The notes beneath the pieces are model-generated. The model searched no databases. It was given only the letters and a program-made list of their open reading frames with translations, and was not told the DNA's origin. Positions 1 through 14,984 of a stretch of 64,000 nucleotides of DNA are shown piece after piece. Location: the NCBI RefSeq assembly GCF_009914755.1, contig NC_060931.1; one strand, written 5' to 3'. The position numbers and the translations under genes are program-made. The DNA comes from the human T2T-CHM13v2.0 reference genome, Homo sapiens. Every line of letters begins with the position of its first letter. Position 1 is the first letter of the stretch.

Positions 1-960
1 CTCCTAAGAGTAAATCAGGAAGAAATTGAAACCCTAAATAGACCAATATTGAGTTCCAAAATTGAATCAGTAGTAAAAAATCTACCGACCAAAAAAAGCC
101 CTGGACAAAATGGATTCACAGCAAAATTCTACTAGACATATAAAAAGAGCTGGCACCAATTCTACTGAAATGATTCCTAAAAATTGAGAAGGAGGGACTC
201 CTCCCTAACTTATTCTAGTAAGCCAGAACCACCCTGATACCAAAACCTGGCAAAGACACAACAAAAAGAAAACTACAGGCCAATATCCCTAATGAGGACA
301 GACATAAAAATCCTAAACAAAATAGTAGCAAATCAAATCCAGCAGCATGTCAAAGAGTTATTTTACCATGATCAAGTAGGTTTCATTCCTGGGATGTAAG
401 GTTGATTCAAATTACTCAAATAAATGAATGCAATTCATCACATAAACATAATTAATGATAAAATGCTATATGATCATCTCAATAAATACAGAAAAGCCTT
501 CAATAAAATCCAACATCCCAACATGATAAAAGCCCTCAACAAGCTAAGAATTGAAGGAATATATGTCAAAATATTAAGAGCCATTTATGATTAATGCATA
601 GCCAACATCATGAACAGGCAAAAACTGGAAACATTCCCCTTGAGAAGTGGAACAAGACAAGGATGCTCACTCCCACCACTGCTATTTAACATAGTACTGA
701 AAGTTCTAGCTAGAGCAATCAGGCAAGACAAATAAATAAAAGGCATCCAAATAAAACAAGTAGTCAAACTATATCTCCTTGCTGACTACATCATTGTATA
801 CCTAGAAATCCCTAAACACTCTGCCAAAAGGCTGGTGACTAATAAACAACTTCAGTAAAGTTTCAGGATACAAAATTAACGTACAAAAATCAGTAGCATT
901 TTTATACACCAATAATATTCAAGCTGACAGCTAAAGAGTGTGATCCCATGTACAACAGCT

Positions 961-986
961 ACACACACACACACACACACACACAC
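961..986. repeat. (CA)n microsatellite inside L1
   Basis: Uninterrupted AC run. Confidence 0.95.
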
Positions 987-1033
987 TACCTGGGAACACA
1001 TCTGTCCAAAGAGGTGAAAGATCTCTACGAGGA

Positions 1034-1426
<393 letters not shown>

Positions 1427-4400
1427 TTAATACCATTGAAATGTCCATACCACCCAAAGCAATCTACAGATTCAACACTATATCTATCAAACTACCAATG
1501 TCATTTTTTCACAGAATTAGAAAGCACTATTGTAAAATTCACATGGAATCAAAAAAGAGCCAGAATAGCCAAAGCAATCCTAAGCAAAACAAAACAAAAC
1601 AAAGCTGGAGGCATCACATTACCCTACTTTAAACTGTGCTGTAAGGCTACAGTATCCGAAACAGCATGGTACTGGTATAAAAACAGACACATAGATTAAT
1701 GGAACCAAATAGGGAACTCAGAAACAGAACTGCACACCTAAAACTATCTGATGTTCAAAAAAGTCAACAAAAATAAGCAATGGGGAAAGAACTTCCTATT
1801 CAATAAATGGTGTTGGGATAACTGGCTAGCTATATGCAGAATATTGAAACTGGACCCCTACTTTTTACCATATACAAATATTAACTCAACCTGGATTAAA
1901 AATTTAAATGTAAGACATTAAACTATAAGAATCCTAGAAGAAAACCTAGGAAACACCATTCTGGACTTTGCCCTTGGGAAAGAATTTATGACTAAGTCCT
2001 CAAAAGTAATTCTAACCAAAACAAAAATTGATGAGTGGTACCTAATTAAACTAAAGAGATTCTGCACAGCAGAATAAACTATCAACAGTGCAAACAGACA
2101 ACCTACACAATGGAAGAAAATATTTTCAAACTATTCATCCAACAAAGATCTAATATCCACAATCTATAAGGAACTTAAGCAATTCAATAAGGAAAAGTAT
2201 TTTCTAAGCTAATGCAATATGCATAACATTTTACTGGGCCAAAGTCTTTCTTTTATTCTTTGTAAAACACTGAAACTTTACAAGATTGATGTTTAAACTT
2301 ATTTTGGGCTTCTCAGATATAAGTTCGGATTTCTTTGTGTTATAATATGATTTTAAAAATTATATTTATGTTTGCTTTGATACTGACAGTAAATTTGTGT
2401 TTGTGTTATTTTCTCATAAAACAATCTATAAGATCATGTTTTGGTGGTAAGTCTGAACATAGATTGCTTGTAGAATGCTTCTCTTATGCAAATGTGCAAA
2501 AAGTAAATACATTTATGATTTATAGAGACTAGATTTAAGCCACAGTTTCCTTCATAAATTACTTATCCTATGTTTCCTGAAGGTGTAAACATTAAATTTT
2601 AAGTGCATGTGAAAACAATGAAAAATTACTTTTTTCGTGAAAAGTGTTTTCATTCACCTTCCTCAAACAGTCTTAAACTGCCATTTATGTTAAATACCAA
2701 TGATTCAATTCCATGACAGGAACACAGACAAAACAGAATTGCAGGGACTGCCACCTAAAACAGCTTCTCAACTGTATGTATTTTTGATGTATCATCCTTC
2801 TGAATAAAAGATCACAAGCGTTTTTACAATAAGCGCTCTGGATTGTTGAGGTGATTCTTAAAGGGTTAAACAATGAATGATCTATGGTAATTCAAAGGAA
2901 AGTATATTTTAATGGCTAAAGGTTCCTAGAGATCAGTTACAATAAAAAAGGAATAATGGAATGAACTGAAGTAGACGGAAATGGAAGGTGGAATTTGGTG
3001 TCATGTGAGCTAGTAATTAGTTTTATTGCTAGTATTTAAAGTCACTCCCTGCTTTGGCCACTCTCCCTTGAATGTTTATTTCCAGTTAATAGTCCGACAT
3101 GAACATCAATTACTTAAATTGATATTGTTATTAAGATAGTCTTAATAGCTCATAAGATTGAATACATTTCCCCTTTTTTGTTTTATTAGAGCATATTTTA
3201 TTTAAAAACATTATAAATTTAATTTAAAACATAATCTCATGCCTTCATAACATTGACTTTCTAATGCTGGCTTTTTTTTTTTTTTAAGTAAAAGAGGAAA
3301 AAGCTGCTTTAAAGAAAAACATTTAAGGAAAGATTTTGAAAATCTGGATATCCATCCTGATACATGAGAACAGAGTATTCCAGAGAAAATTTCAAGCTGG
3401 GAAGGCCAATAAGAAATTATCTTGAAAGGTGCAGTAATCAGATTGACAGAATGAATGCAAATATTTAATAGAACATCAGAAAACTGTAATATGTAAATCT
3501 TCCAAAATATTTGCCATAATCAGTAGTATATAGATGCTGTTTTTCAGAAACAATTCATATAAACTATAATGCAGTCAGTTTTATTGTTTCCTCAAGCCGA
3601 TATGGCACTAATTACTCCCCTACAAGCCTCAGCTGATTTTTTAAAAAACCTAAAACAAGTTTTATTTTTACAGAACATGAAACTTGCTGGCTAAAAAGAT
3701 AAAGAATGAAAGAAAGTCTTTGTGAACCAAGCAATCTATCCAGAAAAGAGCTAGAGAAAAATTTGCAAGAATTATATATTTTCAAAAATTTCCTAAGACT
3801 TTAGACTAGGGGGTATGCTTTATTAATTACAAGGAGGTTAAATACTATTCTCTCAGCAGTCAACAATGATGTATTTGCTGTCTGTCTACTATTGGCACAA
3901 AATAGAAAGACCAGAATGACTTGGATACAAATACTGTACTCAAGAAGTTTACAGTGCTTTAAAAATGATTTTATATGTATTTATGTATGTGTGCAGGCAT
4001 AAATTATAAAATAAAAATAGCCAGAGGAAGATGGCCCTATGACATTTTGTATTAGCCTCCATCAATTCAGTTAACTTTTCCCACCACTTCAAGAAACCAG
4101 ACTAATGTGTTACAATGGAATCCATAGAAGACCAATACAATAATTATAGTATGTGTGCTACAGTAAGTATGGTAGTTACATAGCTAAATTTCACTCATCT
4201 GTGAACCGTAATGAGCTAGATAACATTTCTCTAGGCAGGATGTTGGGGTTAACGTGAAGCATGAGCTACTTCATTATGTGAATTATCAAAGATTGCCAGA
4301 AAACCATCGGGAAGTCATGCCTTTCACAATAAAACTTGAAAAGCAAGAACATTTTCCCCATGATCTGAGTAAGGACAAGGACTTGATATGTTAAAGACTT

Positions 4401-5639
4401 CTGTATGGTAAGTAATAAGATGGTACCCACCACATAGAAACAACCAAGAGTTTGAGAGATCAAATAATATCATAAGGGAAATGACTTGAATTTTGAGGTT
4501 TCACAGTCCTTGGAAGCCCATAGTCTACATATTATAATAAAATATATATTTTTTAATTTTCTTATTTCAGCTTATAACAGATTTAATTAATGTTACTTCT
4601 TTATTTCAGTTAATTACTTTTAAACATGTAATAAGGCAACAACCTGTAAGTATCAGTGTGTCTCAATTGTGCAAAAGAAACTAAAGGAAAGGGCATTTAC
4701 TTCATGGACTGTTGTGTCAGAGGGGCCTGAGCAGGTTGATACAGCAGTAGCAAAATTAAAAGAGTATCAACTTCTACATACATTGACTACTCTGCTAAAT
4801 CTAGTATGGAATTAGAATAATACACATTAACTACCTGTACTTCTTGGGGTGTTGTGATTTAAGGACTTACAAATAAGAGACTGGCAAATGGCTTTTCTTC
4901 TTTCTGATTTGTATCTATTAGAACATAGGTAAGAATTTAGAGAGGGAGAATATGCACATAGCCTCCCACTTTAAGCCCAGGAAGAATTTTCTATGACAGG
5001 ATGTAGAATGTACAAGGAAGCATGAAAGGGTTAGGACAAGTGAAATTTCATGTGTCGACATGGATAAATTTTACTTTCCTGCCTGCCTTAAATCTTGGTT
5101 GTATTTCAAAAAGTAAAACTACTGTGTTATTTTAGATTACTGACTGCAATGCTAGTTTTATTTACAGTGTTTCTATTAAGCATAAGCAAGGCAGCAGTTA
5201 TGATTATTTTATTTTGACAGAACAAATATGTGTGCTATGTAAATTTCTGGATTATGTCTGATATTAAAACAAATCCATATAAATAGATGTTTCTGATGAG
5301 ACTTTTCAAACAGTGACTGTCAAAGGTTAGCCACCCACTAAGAAGATTTAGATTAAGGCTATAAAAAGCTTGCTTAAGGAATTATTCACTGTTAGAAAGT
5401 GGAAAAGAAATTAAATCTGTAAACACAAAAGAAATGGGTGAAATGATAGTACATATATAGTACATGTGAGAATTTATGACAATGTTATCAATGTTCTAAG
5501 AATAATAAAATAGAAACAAGGCAAATGGAATACATAATGAATTATTAAACCAAGAATATATGTATTTTTAAATGATGAAAATTTAAAGATGAATAAAATC
5601 AGGTTAAAAATTTAATAAACCCAGGATATGGAAGATGGA

Positions 5640-5790
5640 TTTAATTCATATATTCAAATATTTATGAGTACCTACCATGTATTAGGCACTATACTTGATA
5701 AGGTGATATAGAAGTAAACAAATATGCATGACAATTACATTTGGAACAGAGGAAAGAAACAAGTAAGTGAGAAGGTACTTTGTTAAAAAG
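5640..5790 (-). mobile_element. Probable L2 3' end relic
   Basis: TTCAAATATTTATGAGTACCTACCATGTATTAGGCACT resembles the reverse complement of the L2 3' terminus; boundaries approximate. Confidence 0.5.
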
Positions 5791-6582
5791 CAATACATCA
5801 ACAGAAGATTCTGGGAAAATGGCAGCGTGTAAAGCACTAGGAATCTGTCTCCTTACCTAGACAACAATTACAATGGCATAATCTGTCAGATGTAACTATT
5901 TTTGGAAATCTGGAGTCCGTTGATGGCTTACATCTTTCAGGGGAAGACTTGGATGGGAAACTGTGATTAATTTTGATTATTTTCAGCTTTTAGCACAAAA
6001 GTAGCTACCAATCTTCCACCCCTCAGCACCATATCAAGCAGCTGTCCACATGTTCCTGGTGCAGCTTGAACACAGCTTGTGGAAGCCAGGGTAGGTAAAA
6101 TGGGTCTTGCTTTCCAAATGTCATAATTTGTGCTCTGATCTCTGATTGTTTCTTCTGATCATAGAGGTACAGACATTGTTGTGAGCTCTGGCTGAAGTGA
6201 CTTTTATGGGACTTAAAGGGCCAATGAATCCTCCGCCTTTCTTTTTTTCTTTTTGTTTTGAGCACCAGACATTGAAGACTAGAACATCAAAAAGCAACTG
6301 CATATTCATGGGATAATGGAATGCCACCATGCATGCCCATGGGAAGGCACCAGCAGAGAAGTCTTGAGAAGACCATAAGTTTATACCTCAGTTTGGTCCT
6401 CAGCACAGAGACAGCTTACAACAATCAAAGAAAGAAACAAACAACAAAAAAGGGCAGCAAATCCTGGAAAGGCAGGGAATCTCTTTTCTAGTTATGTTAT
6501 TAGATTCAAATGTCCAGTTTTCAACAAAAATTCACAACGCACACAAAGAAACAGGAAAGTATGGCCGACTTAAAAATAAATA

Positions 6583-6900
<318 letters not shown>

Positions 6901-9585
6901 AAAACAGAAACTGACCCTGAAAAGATCTTATAACAGACCTACTAGACACTTTACAACAGATCTATCTTAAGTATGCTCAAAAAACTAAAAGAAGATATTA
7001 GGAAAGTCAAGAAATGATGTATGAGCAAAATGGAAACATCAATAAAGAGATAGAAACTGTAAAACAAAACCAAAAAGAAATTCTGGAGCTTCAAAATATA
7101 ATAACAGAAATGAAAAAAAATACTAGAGAGATTAAAAGTGTGATTTTAGCAGGCAAAATAAAGAATTAGTGAACATGAGAATAAGACATCAGAAATTTTT
7201 TGGTATAAGGTGCTGACAGAAAAAAAAATTAAAAACTGAACAATGCCTTAGAGACCTATAGAACACCATCAGGCAGACCAACATACAGAAAAGAAAAGAG
7301 AAAGAAAGCATCACAGAAAATGTTTCAAGAAAAGATGGCAAAAACTTCCCAAATTTAGTGAAAGAAGAATATACACATTAAAGAAACGTCAATGAACTTC
7401 AAATGTGATGAATTTAAAGAGACACACATGGAGATATATTATAGTTAAACTGTTGAAAACCAAATAAAAGAGAGAATTTTAAAATAAGTAAAATAGATGT
7501 GACTGGTCCTACACAAGACATCCTCAGTTAGATCATCAGCAAATTTCTTTTTAAAAGCTTTGGACACCAGAGGCAATGGGCTAAATTCAAAATGCAAAAA
7601 ACAAACAAAACAAAACAAATCTCAGGGAGAAATTAAAACATTCCCAGATAAACAAAAGTTGATGGAGTTTGCTACCAACAGACGTGCTCTGCAAGAAATG
7701 CTGAAGAGACTTACAGGTTGAAATGAAAGAACACTAGATAGTAACTCAAAGACATATGAAGAAAGAGAGATCTCAGTAAAGATAAATACATGGGCAATTA
7801 TAAAATATAGTATTGTAGTGATGGTGTGTAACTCCACTTTTAGTTTTTGACAAGTTGTAGAAGAGTAATAAATTACAAAATTATGTATTTGCCTAAAACT
7901 AATGTCATTGTAACTTTGGTTTGTAAATCCAAATTTTGTTTTCTACCTGAGACTAGTATATTATAAAATTATTAGTTTCAGTTTTGAACACACAATGTAT
8001 AAAGATGTTAATTTTTAACATCCAAAACTAAATGGGATGGGGACAAGCCTCTTAAATAAGCAGAGAGTTTGTATTTTATTGAAGTTATGCTGGTGTAAAT
8101 TCAAATTGAAGTGCTATAATTTTATAAGATTAAAGATGATTCCCATTATAACAATACAGAAGTTAGCTAAAGAATAAACACAATAAGCAATGAGGAAAAA
8201 AATCTGAAACTTCTACTACAAAAAAAATCAACTAAACACCAAAGAAAATGTAGGAAGTGAGAACAAAGAAAGGTATGTCATATAAAAAACAAATAGTAAA
8301 ATAGCAGAAATCTTTCCTTACCGGTAATTACCTTAAATTTAAGTGGACTAAACACTCCAGTCAAAATTAAAAGATAGCAGAATGGATTAAACAAGCAAAT
8401 GAACATAAGCCAACTATATATTGTCTATAAGAGACTCATTTTGGATCCAAAGATTAAAATGGGTCGAAGAGAAAGATTATAAAAGGATATTCCTTGAAAA
8501 TACTAATAAAAAGTCAGCAGTAGTTGGATTTAATAATATCAGACAAAATGGACTAAGACAAAAAGCTCACAAGACATAATGAAGAATATTATGTTGATGA
8601 AAGTTTCAATAAAACATAAAGCTATAACAATTATAAACATGTATACAACCAATAGGAGGCCATCAAAATATATGAAGCAAAAATTGAAAAAATTGAAGGG
8701 AAAAATAGACAATTATATGATAATTGTTGAAGACTTCAATACACCCCTACCAATAATGAATAGAGCAATCAGACAGAAGTATGCGAATAGAGGATTTAAA
8801 CAACACAACAAATGAATTAGATCTAACAGACTTATGTAGAACACGCTATTCAACACTATCCAACAATAGCAGCATATACATTCTTCTTAAGTGCACATGG
8901 AATAATTTCAGGATATATCATACATTAGGCAACAAATTACACCTCAGAATATTTTAAAAGATAGATCACACAAAGTACAAGGGAACTTCAAAAATTTCAT
9001 AACATGGAATTAAAAGATAAGAATTAAAAATATACACTTTATTTCTCAAATAAATTCCATCAAGGTCAAGACACTTTTTAATGTAAATATTAGCCATTTT
9101 GTCCATTCCTAAAGAACTGAAGGTGCTGTGAATCTAACCATGTCAATGGTTAAATTGACATTTTTTTTACTTTATTAATGGAAAAAAGATCAATGCCCTT
9201 TACAGAGTTTTTGAGAGTAGGAAACAAAAAGTGTCAGAAGGAGCAAATCAAGACTGTAAGGTGAATGACTCATGATTTCCCCTTGAAACTCTCACGAAAT
9301 TGCTCTTCTTTGTTAAGAGGAATTAGCAGGAACATTGTCATAGTGAAGAAAGACTCTCAGGTGAAGCTTTCATGGTTGTTTTCCTGCTAAAAACTTTGGC
9401 TAACTTTCTCAAAACACTCTCATAATCAGCAGGTGTTACAGATGTTCTCTGGCCTTCCAGAAAGTCAACAAGCAAAATTCCTTGAGCATTGCAAAAAATT
9501 CTTACCATGATCTTTGCTCTAGACCAGTCTACTTTTGCTTTGACTGGACCCACCTCTTGGTAGCCATTTTGATTGTGCTTTGTCC

Positions 9586-9891
9586 TTTTTTTTTTTTTTT
9601 TTTTTTTTTTGAGACAGAGTCTCACTCTGTTGCCCAAGCTGGAATGCAGTGGTGTGATCTTGGCTCCCTTCAACCTCCACCTCCTGGGTTCAAGCGATTC
9701 TCCTGCCTCAGACTCCTGAGTAGCTGGAATTACAGGCACCTGCCACCATACCTAGCTAATTTTTGTATTTTAGTAGAAATGGGGTTTCACCATGTTGGCC
9801 AGGCTGGTCTCAAACTCCTGACCTTAAGTGATCTGCCTAGCTTGGCCTCCAAAATTGCTAGAATTACAGGTGTGAGCCACCACACCCGGCC
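9586..9891 (-). mobile_element. AluS (Sx/Sz-like) inserted in HSMAR2
   Basis: Poly-T followed by reverse Alu; TSD TGATTGTGCTTT at 9570-9581 and 9892-9903. Confidence 0.95.
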
Positions 9892-10259
9892 TGATTGTGC
9901 TTTTCTTCAGAATCATACTGGTAAAGATACGTTTTATTTTCTGTTAAAATTCTTTGAAGAAATCATACAGGATCTTAATCCCACTTGTTCAAATTTTTTA
10001 TTAAAAGCTCTTCTTGTCTCTGCAGTTTATCTAGGTGCAAAAAAATGAGTCACCCATTGAGTGAAAAGTGCTCAACTTTAATTTTTCAGTCAAAAACAAG
10101 TGAGAAGTCTTTGGTATTGGTCATATTTCTACTGTTAATCATTTTCTTCAATTAGAGCACAAACAAATTAATTTTTTTCTTTACAAATTAAATTAGATGA
10201 GCCATTGCTGTGGGCTTCATCTTCAACATAGTCTTGTACATGCTTACAGTGATTTTCTT

Positions 10260-10550
10260 TTCTTTTTTTCTTTTTTTTTTTTTTTGAGACGGAGTCTGGC
10301 TCTGTCTCCCAGTCTGGAGTACAGTGACGCGATCTCGGCTCACTGCAAGCTCCCCCTCCCGGCTTCACGCCATTCTCCTGCCTCAGCCTCCCGAGTAGCT
10401 GGGACTACAGGTGCCCGCTACCACACCTGGCTAATTTTTTGTATTTTTAGTAGAGACGGGGTTCACCGTGTTAGCCAGGATGGTCTTGATCTCCTGACCT
10501 CGTGATCCGCCTGCCACAGCCTCCCAAAGTGCTGGGATTACAGGTGTGAG
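10260..10550 (-). mobile_element. AluY, lacking first ~15 nt, inserted in HSMAR2
   Basis: CTGCAAGCTCC, TTCACGCCATTCTCC and CCGTGTTAGCCAGGATGG AluY diagnostics; perfect TSD TACAGTGATTTTCTT at 10245-10259 and 10551-10565. Confidence 0.93.
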
Positions 10551-10915
10551 TACAGTGATTTTCTTATTTGTAAACTGCTCATTTCCTGGGGCATTGTTCA
10601 TAAACTTTTCATAAAACATCAGTGATTTCATCTTTCTTCACCCAAGCTTCTCCATAAATTAGATGTTTGCTCTTGCTTCAATTTTAGGAGGATTCATGTT
10701 GCTCTGATAGAGGCTCTTTTAAAACTGATATCTTCTTCTGAGTGCCTCAAACTAGATCCTGTTTTGACATAACAAATTAATATAATTTTTTTCTGATGCA
10801 AATAAATTTTGAAATCCACATTTAGTTTCTAAATAATATGCATTTTCCATGAACATTCTGAAGTCACATATATCTTCTCTGACCACACTGGGATGGTATT
10901 AGAAATCAATAATGA

Positions 10916-11292
<377 letters not shown>

Positions 11293-12471
11293 TTATGGAA
11301 ATTAAATAATACACCCTTAAACAACCAATGGATCAAAGAAGAAATCACAAAGGAAACTGGAAAATACTTAGAGATTAAACCAAAAATACTATAAGCTGAA
11401 ACTCATGGTGCATAGTGATAATAGTGCTAAAGAGGAAATTTATAGTTATAAATGCTTACCATAAAAATCAAGAAAGATCTCAAAGCAACACCTAAATTCA
11501 CAACTTGTAGATCTAGGAAAAAATACAGCAAAAGGAAGAAAATAATAAAGATTAGAGAAGAGGAAAACAAAATAGAAAAGATAAAAAAAAAGAATGAAGA
11601 AAAGCAATAAAACCAAAAGTTTACCCTCTTAAAATATCAACAAAATGGACACACCTTTAACTATATGTACTAGGAAAAAATGAGAGAAGACTCAAATTAC
11701 TAAAATCAGAAAGGAGTGTGGGAATATTATTACTAATTCTATAGAAATAAAATTGATGAGAAGAGGTCACTATAAGCAACTGCATGCTGATAAATTGAGT
11801 AACTTAGATGAATTGGACATACTCCTAGAAACAAATATCTAACAAGACTAAATCTTGAAGAAATAGAAATTTGAATACAACAATAACTAATATGGAGATT
11901 AAATCAGTATTCAAACATCTCTTGATAAAGAAAAGCATCAGCTCTGATATCTTCACCAATGAATTCTACCAAATATTTAAAGAACACAAATCTTTCTCAA
12001 ATTTTCCAAAAAATTAAATAACATTCTATGAGGCCAGTGTTATCTTGATACCAAAGCCAGCCAAAGACACTACAAGAAAACTAAAAACTAATGTCCCTGA
12101 TGAATACTGATGCAAACATTCTCAACAAAATACTAGCAAACTGAATTCAGCAATATATTAAAAGGATTATACACCACAACTAAGAGGAATTTATTCTTGG
12201 AATAAAAAAATGGTTCAACATAAGAAAAAATAATCTTGTAATACACGTAGACAGAGTAAAGGAATAAAAAGTCATCTTAAGATGTACAAAAAGCATTTGA
12301 CAAAATTTAACATTACTTCATGATAAAAACACTCAGCAAACTAAGAATATGAGGAAATTACCTCAACATAGAGGCCATATATGAAAGCACTCAAGGAATA
12401 TCATAGTTGGTGAAAGACTGAAAGCTTTTCTCCTAATATCAGAATAAGGCTAAGATATCTGCTTGCACCAC

Positions 12472-13971
12472 TGATGGTAGTGGTGGCCCATGTGGAGCAG
12501 CTGCTGCAAGGATGCCAGTTGCAGTGGGGGAGGCACAGCCAGGCTTATGTGCTCCGTGGAGCTGGCGGAGGTCAGGAACAGGTGGGAGCCCCACCTGCTT
12601 TTAAGTGGGTGGGGCAGGAGCCCCGCACTCTTGGCTGCAGCTGCAGCTGCCCAGCCACAGCTGGGGACCCAGGCATCCCCGCACTCTCAAGGCCTGGGAA
12701 AACCCCTGCTCCTGCAGGCTTGGAAGTGCTTGCTCCCACTACATGGCCTCGCTCGGCTCCCCGTGCCTGCTCTGATTTCAAAGCAAAGTTGAAGCGAGCC
12801 CAGGCGCCATCACGACCTGGCCAGGTGTGCACACATGTGGGGTGGTGCTGACATGCCAGCCCCCTGCCGCTTCGATGCCCTCTGGTCTTTGAGTGCTGAC
12901 GAGTATGGGAGGCGCGACCAATGGGAGGCTGAGGGCAGCTTGGCATGGGCCTGCAGGCACCCTTTGGGACAAATAGCCCAGGCTCTGTGGACAACATGAT
13001 TGATTGGTAACAGGAGGCAGATAGGCTCCTGGGCGGAGAGACGGTCCTGGTGAAGCCCCACCTTCAAGCCAGGGATGGCCTGAAGTCTTGGGGCCAGGCT
13101 GTCAGTTCCTGGTGGAGTCCCCCACACAGAGTGAGAACTTGTGCTTTTTCCTGGCCTTGCCCATGGCCGCCCATGGACCAATCAACACACACCTCCTCCC
13201 TTCTGAGCCCATAAAACTCCCCGAACTCAGCTAGACTCAAACAGACGTCAGAACTACCAGCTTCAGTTAGGAGATACCCACTTCGGGGTTTCCTGGACTC
13301 ATTGGAATGACCTGCCTGTGGAAAGGAGCTACCCACTTCGGGTCTCCTAAGAGCTGTTCTGTCGCTCAATAAAGCTTCTCTCCACCTTGCTCACCCTCCA
13401 GTTGTCCGCATACCTCATTCTTCCTGGACATGGGATTGAAAGAGCTGTAACACAAACAGGTTTGAAACGGCTCCCCCAACGCCTGCTTGCCACGTTGCGG
13501 GCTATGAGGAGAGAAGTGCTGCAGGCCTTCAGGAAGCCCAGACCTAGGGTTACCCTTTTTGGGGCTCTGCAGTTCCTGCCATCTCCAAGTTTCCAGGTGC
13601 CACCGCATTCCGCTAGCTCAGACACAGTTGCCCACAGCAGAATCTGCATGTGGTGCATCTGGTCCAGCTACACAGCCTCACACAGAGCTGGCACCTGGAT
13701 TTGCCCACCCTGCTGCAGCAGCTGGTGTGCCCGGTGTGCCTGGCTGTGGTGTGCCAGACCCCGCATTCACTTGGCCATACACCCTTCGTCGCTCCCTGCC
13801 TGGCTCACCCTTGGCAGGTGTGGGTTCTGGGCCAGTACTGTGAGCCGTGCACAGCCTGCCAGGTCGAGTTGGAGGAAGGAGCCCAGCAGGCATGAGCAAA
13901 ACTCAGGCAAAGACGCCACCAGCCACAGAGGTTTCTGGCTGGCGAAGTGACACCCCAATTATCCCGTGAAA
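12472..13971 (+). mobile_element. MER52-family ERV1 solo LTR (1.5 kb)
   Basis: Abrupt GC-rich block starting TGATGGTAGTGGTGGCCC and ending GACACCCCAATTATCCCGTGAAA, matching recalled MER52 termini. 4-bp TSD CCAC/CTAC, CCAAT boxes, ATAAAA at 13211 and AATAAA at 13368. L1 resumes in register on both sides. Confidence 0.85.
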
Positions 13972-14984
13972 CTACTTCTGTTTCACACAGTATTAGAAGT
14001 TGTAGTAAGAGCAATTGGGCAAAAAGAAAGAAATAAAATCCAAGTTGAAAAAGAAGTTGTTAAAATCATCTCTGTTTGCAGCTGATATATATAGGAAATG
14101 CTAAAAATTTCACAAAAAATTATTAGAACTAATAAATGAATTCATTAAAGTAGCAGGATACAAAGACAACACTTTAAAAATTACTTGTATTTCTATACAC
14201 TAACAGTGACTAATCTGTTAGTGTATAGAAAAGGAGATGAAGAAAGCAATTTCATGTACAATAGCATCAAAAACAAAAACAAAATTAAAATCTTAGGAAT
14301 TAATTTAACAAGAAAGTCAAAGAATTATACAAGAAAAACTACAAAACATTTCTACAATGAACATTAAAAAAAGTAAAGAAATGGAAAAATTTAATTTTCA
14401 TGATTGGAAGACTTAATAACGTTAATATGTCAGTACTACACAAAGTGATTTACAAATTCCGTGCAATTTGTTTGAAAATTCCATTTCCATAGGAAAAAAA
14501 AAAATCTAACATGTGCATGAAAGCACAAAAAAGCTCCAATACCCAAAACAATCTTGAAGAAGAATGGCAAATCTGGGGGCATCACACTTTCTGATTACAA
14601 AATGTAGTACAAAACTACAATAACCACAACAATCCGGTTCTGGTGTAAATATATATAAACAAATAGAATAAAATAAATACTCATGAAATATACTCTCACA
14701 TATATGGCCAAAAGTATTTCAACAAAATTGCCAAGACCATTCAAGGGAGAAAAGACAGTATTTTCAACAGATGGTGCCAGGAAAACTGCATATGCAAAAG
14801 AATAAACTTGGACCTTTACCTAACACCATATACAAAAATTACTTTAAAATGGATTCATGGTCTAAAGGTAAGACCTAAAACTATAAAATACTTAGAGAAA
14901 ACATAGATCAAAAGTGTCACAACATTTATTTGTGAATTATAGCTAAAGCAGGACTTTGAATGAAACGTATAGATGTAAAGAAAA

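Larger units (their letters stand above)
8978..10870 (-). mobile_element. HSMAR2 mariner DNA transposon, near full length, transposase pseudogenised
   Basis: Degenerate TIRs (CAAGGGAACTTCAAAAATTTCAT... / ...CATTTTCCATGAACATTCTGAAGTCACATA) flanked by TA at 8976-77 and 10871-72. Minus-strand transposase peptides [44 protein letters not shown] and HYDNVPA. About 1.27 kb once the two Alus are removed. Confidence 0.92.

Noticed and set aside
9338-9739. Apparent Alu-transposase fusion ORF (SETMAR-like domestication)
   Set aside because: Chance read-through from an Alu tail into a short transposase remnant; catalytic motifs are mutated or out of frame.
9482-10048. 188-aa ORF, longest in the track
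   Set aside because: Runs through an antisense Alu (poly-F, typical Alu peptide) and antisense HSMAR2; no gene features.
12474-14014. Cluster of overlapping ORFs up to 187 aa on both strands
   Set aside because: All lie in the GC-rich MER52 LTR where stop codons are rare; no gag, pol or env motifs.
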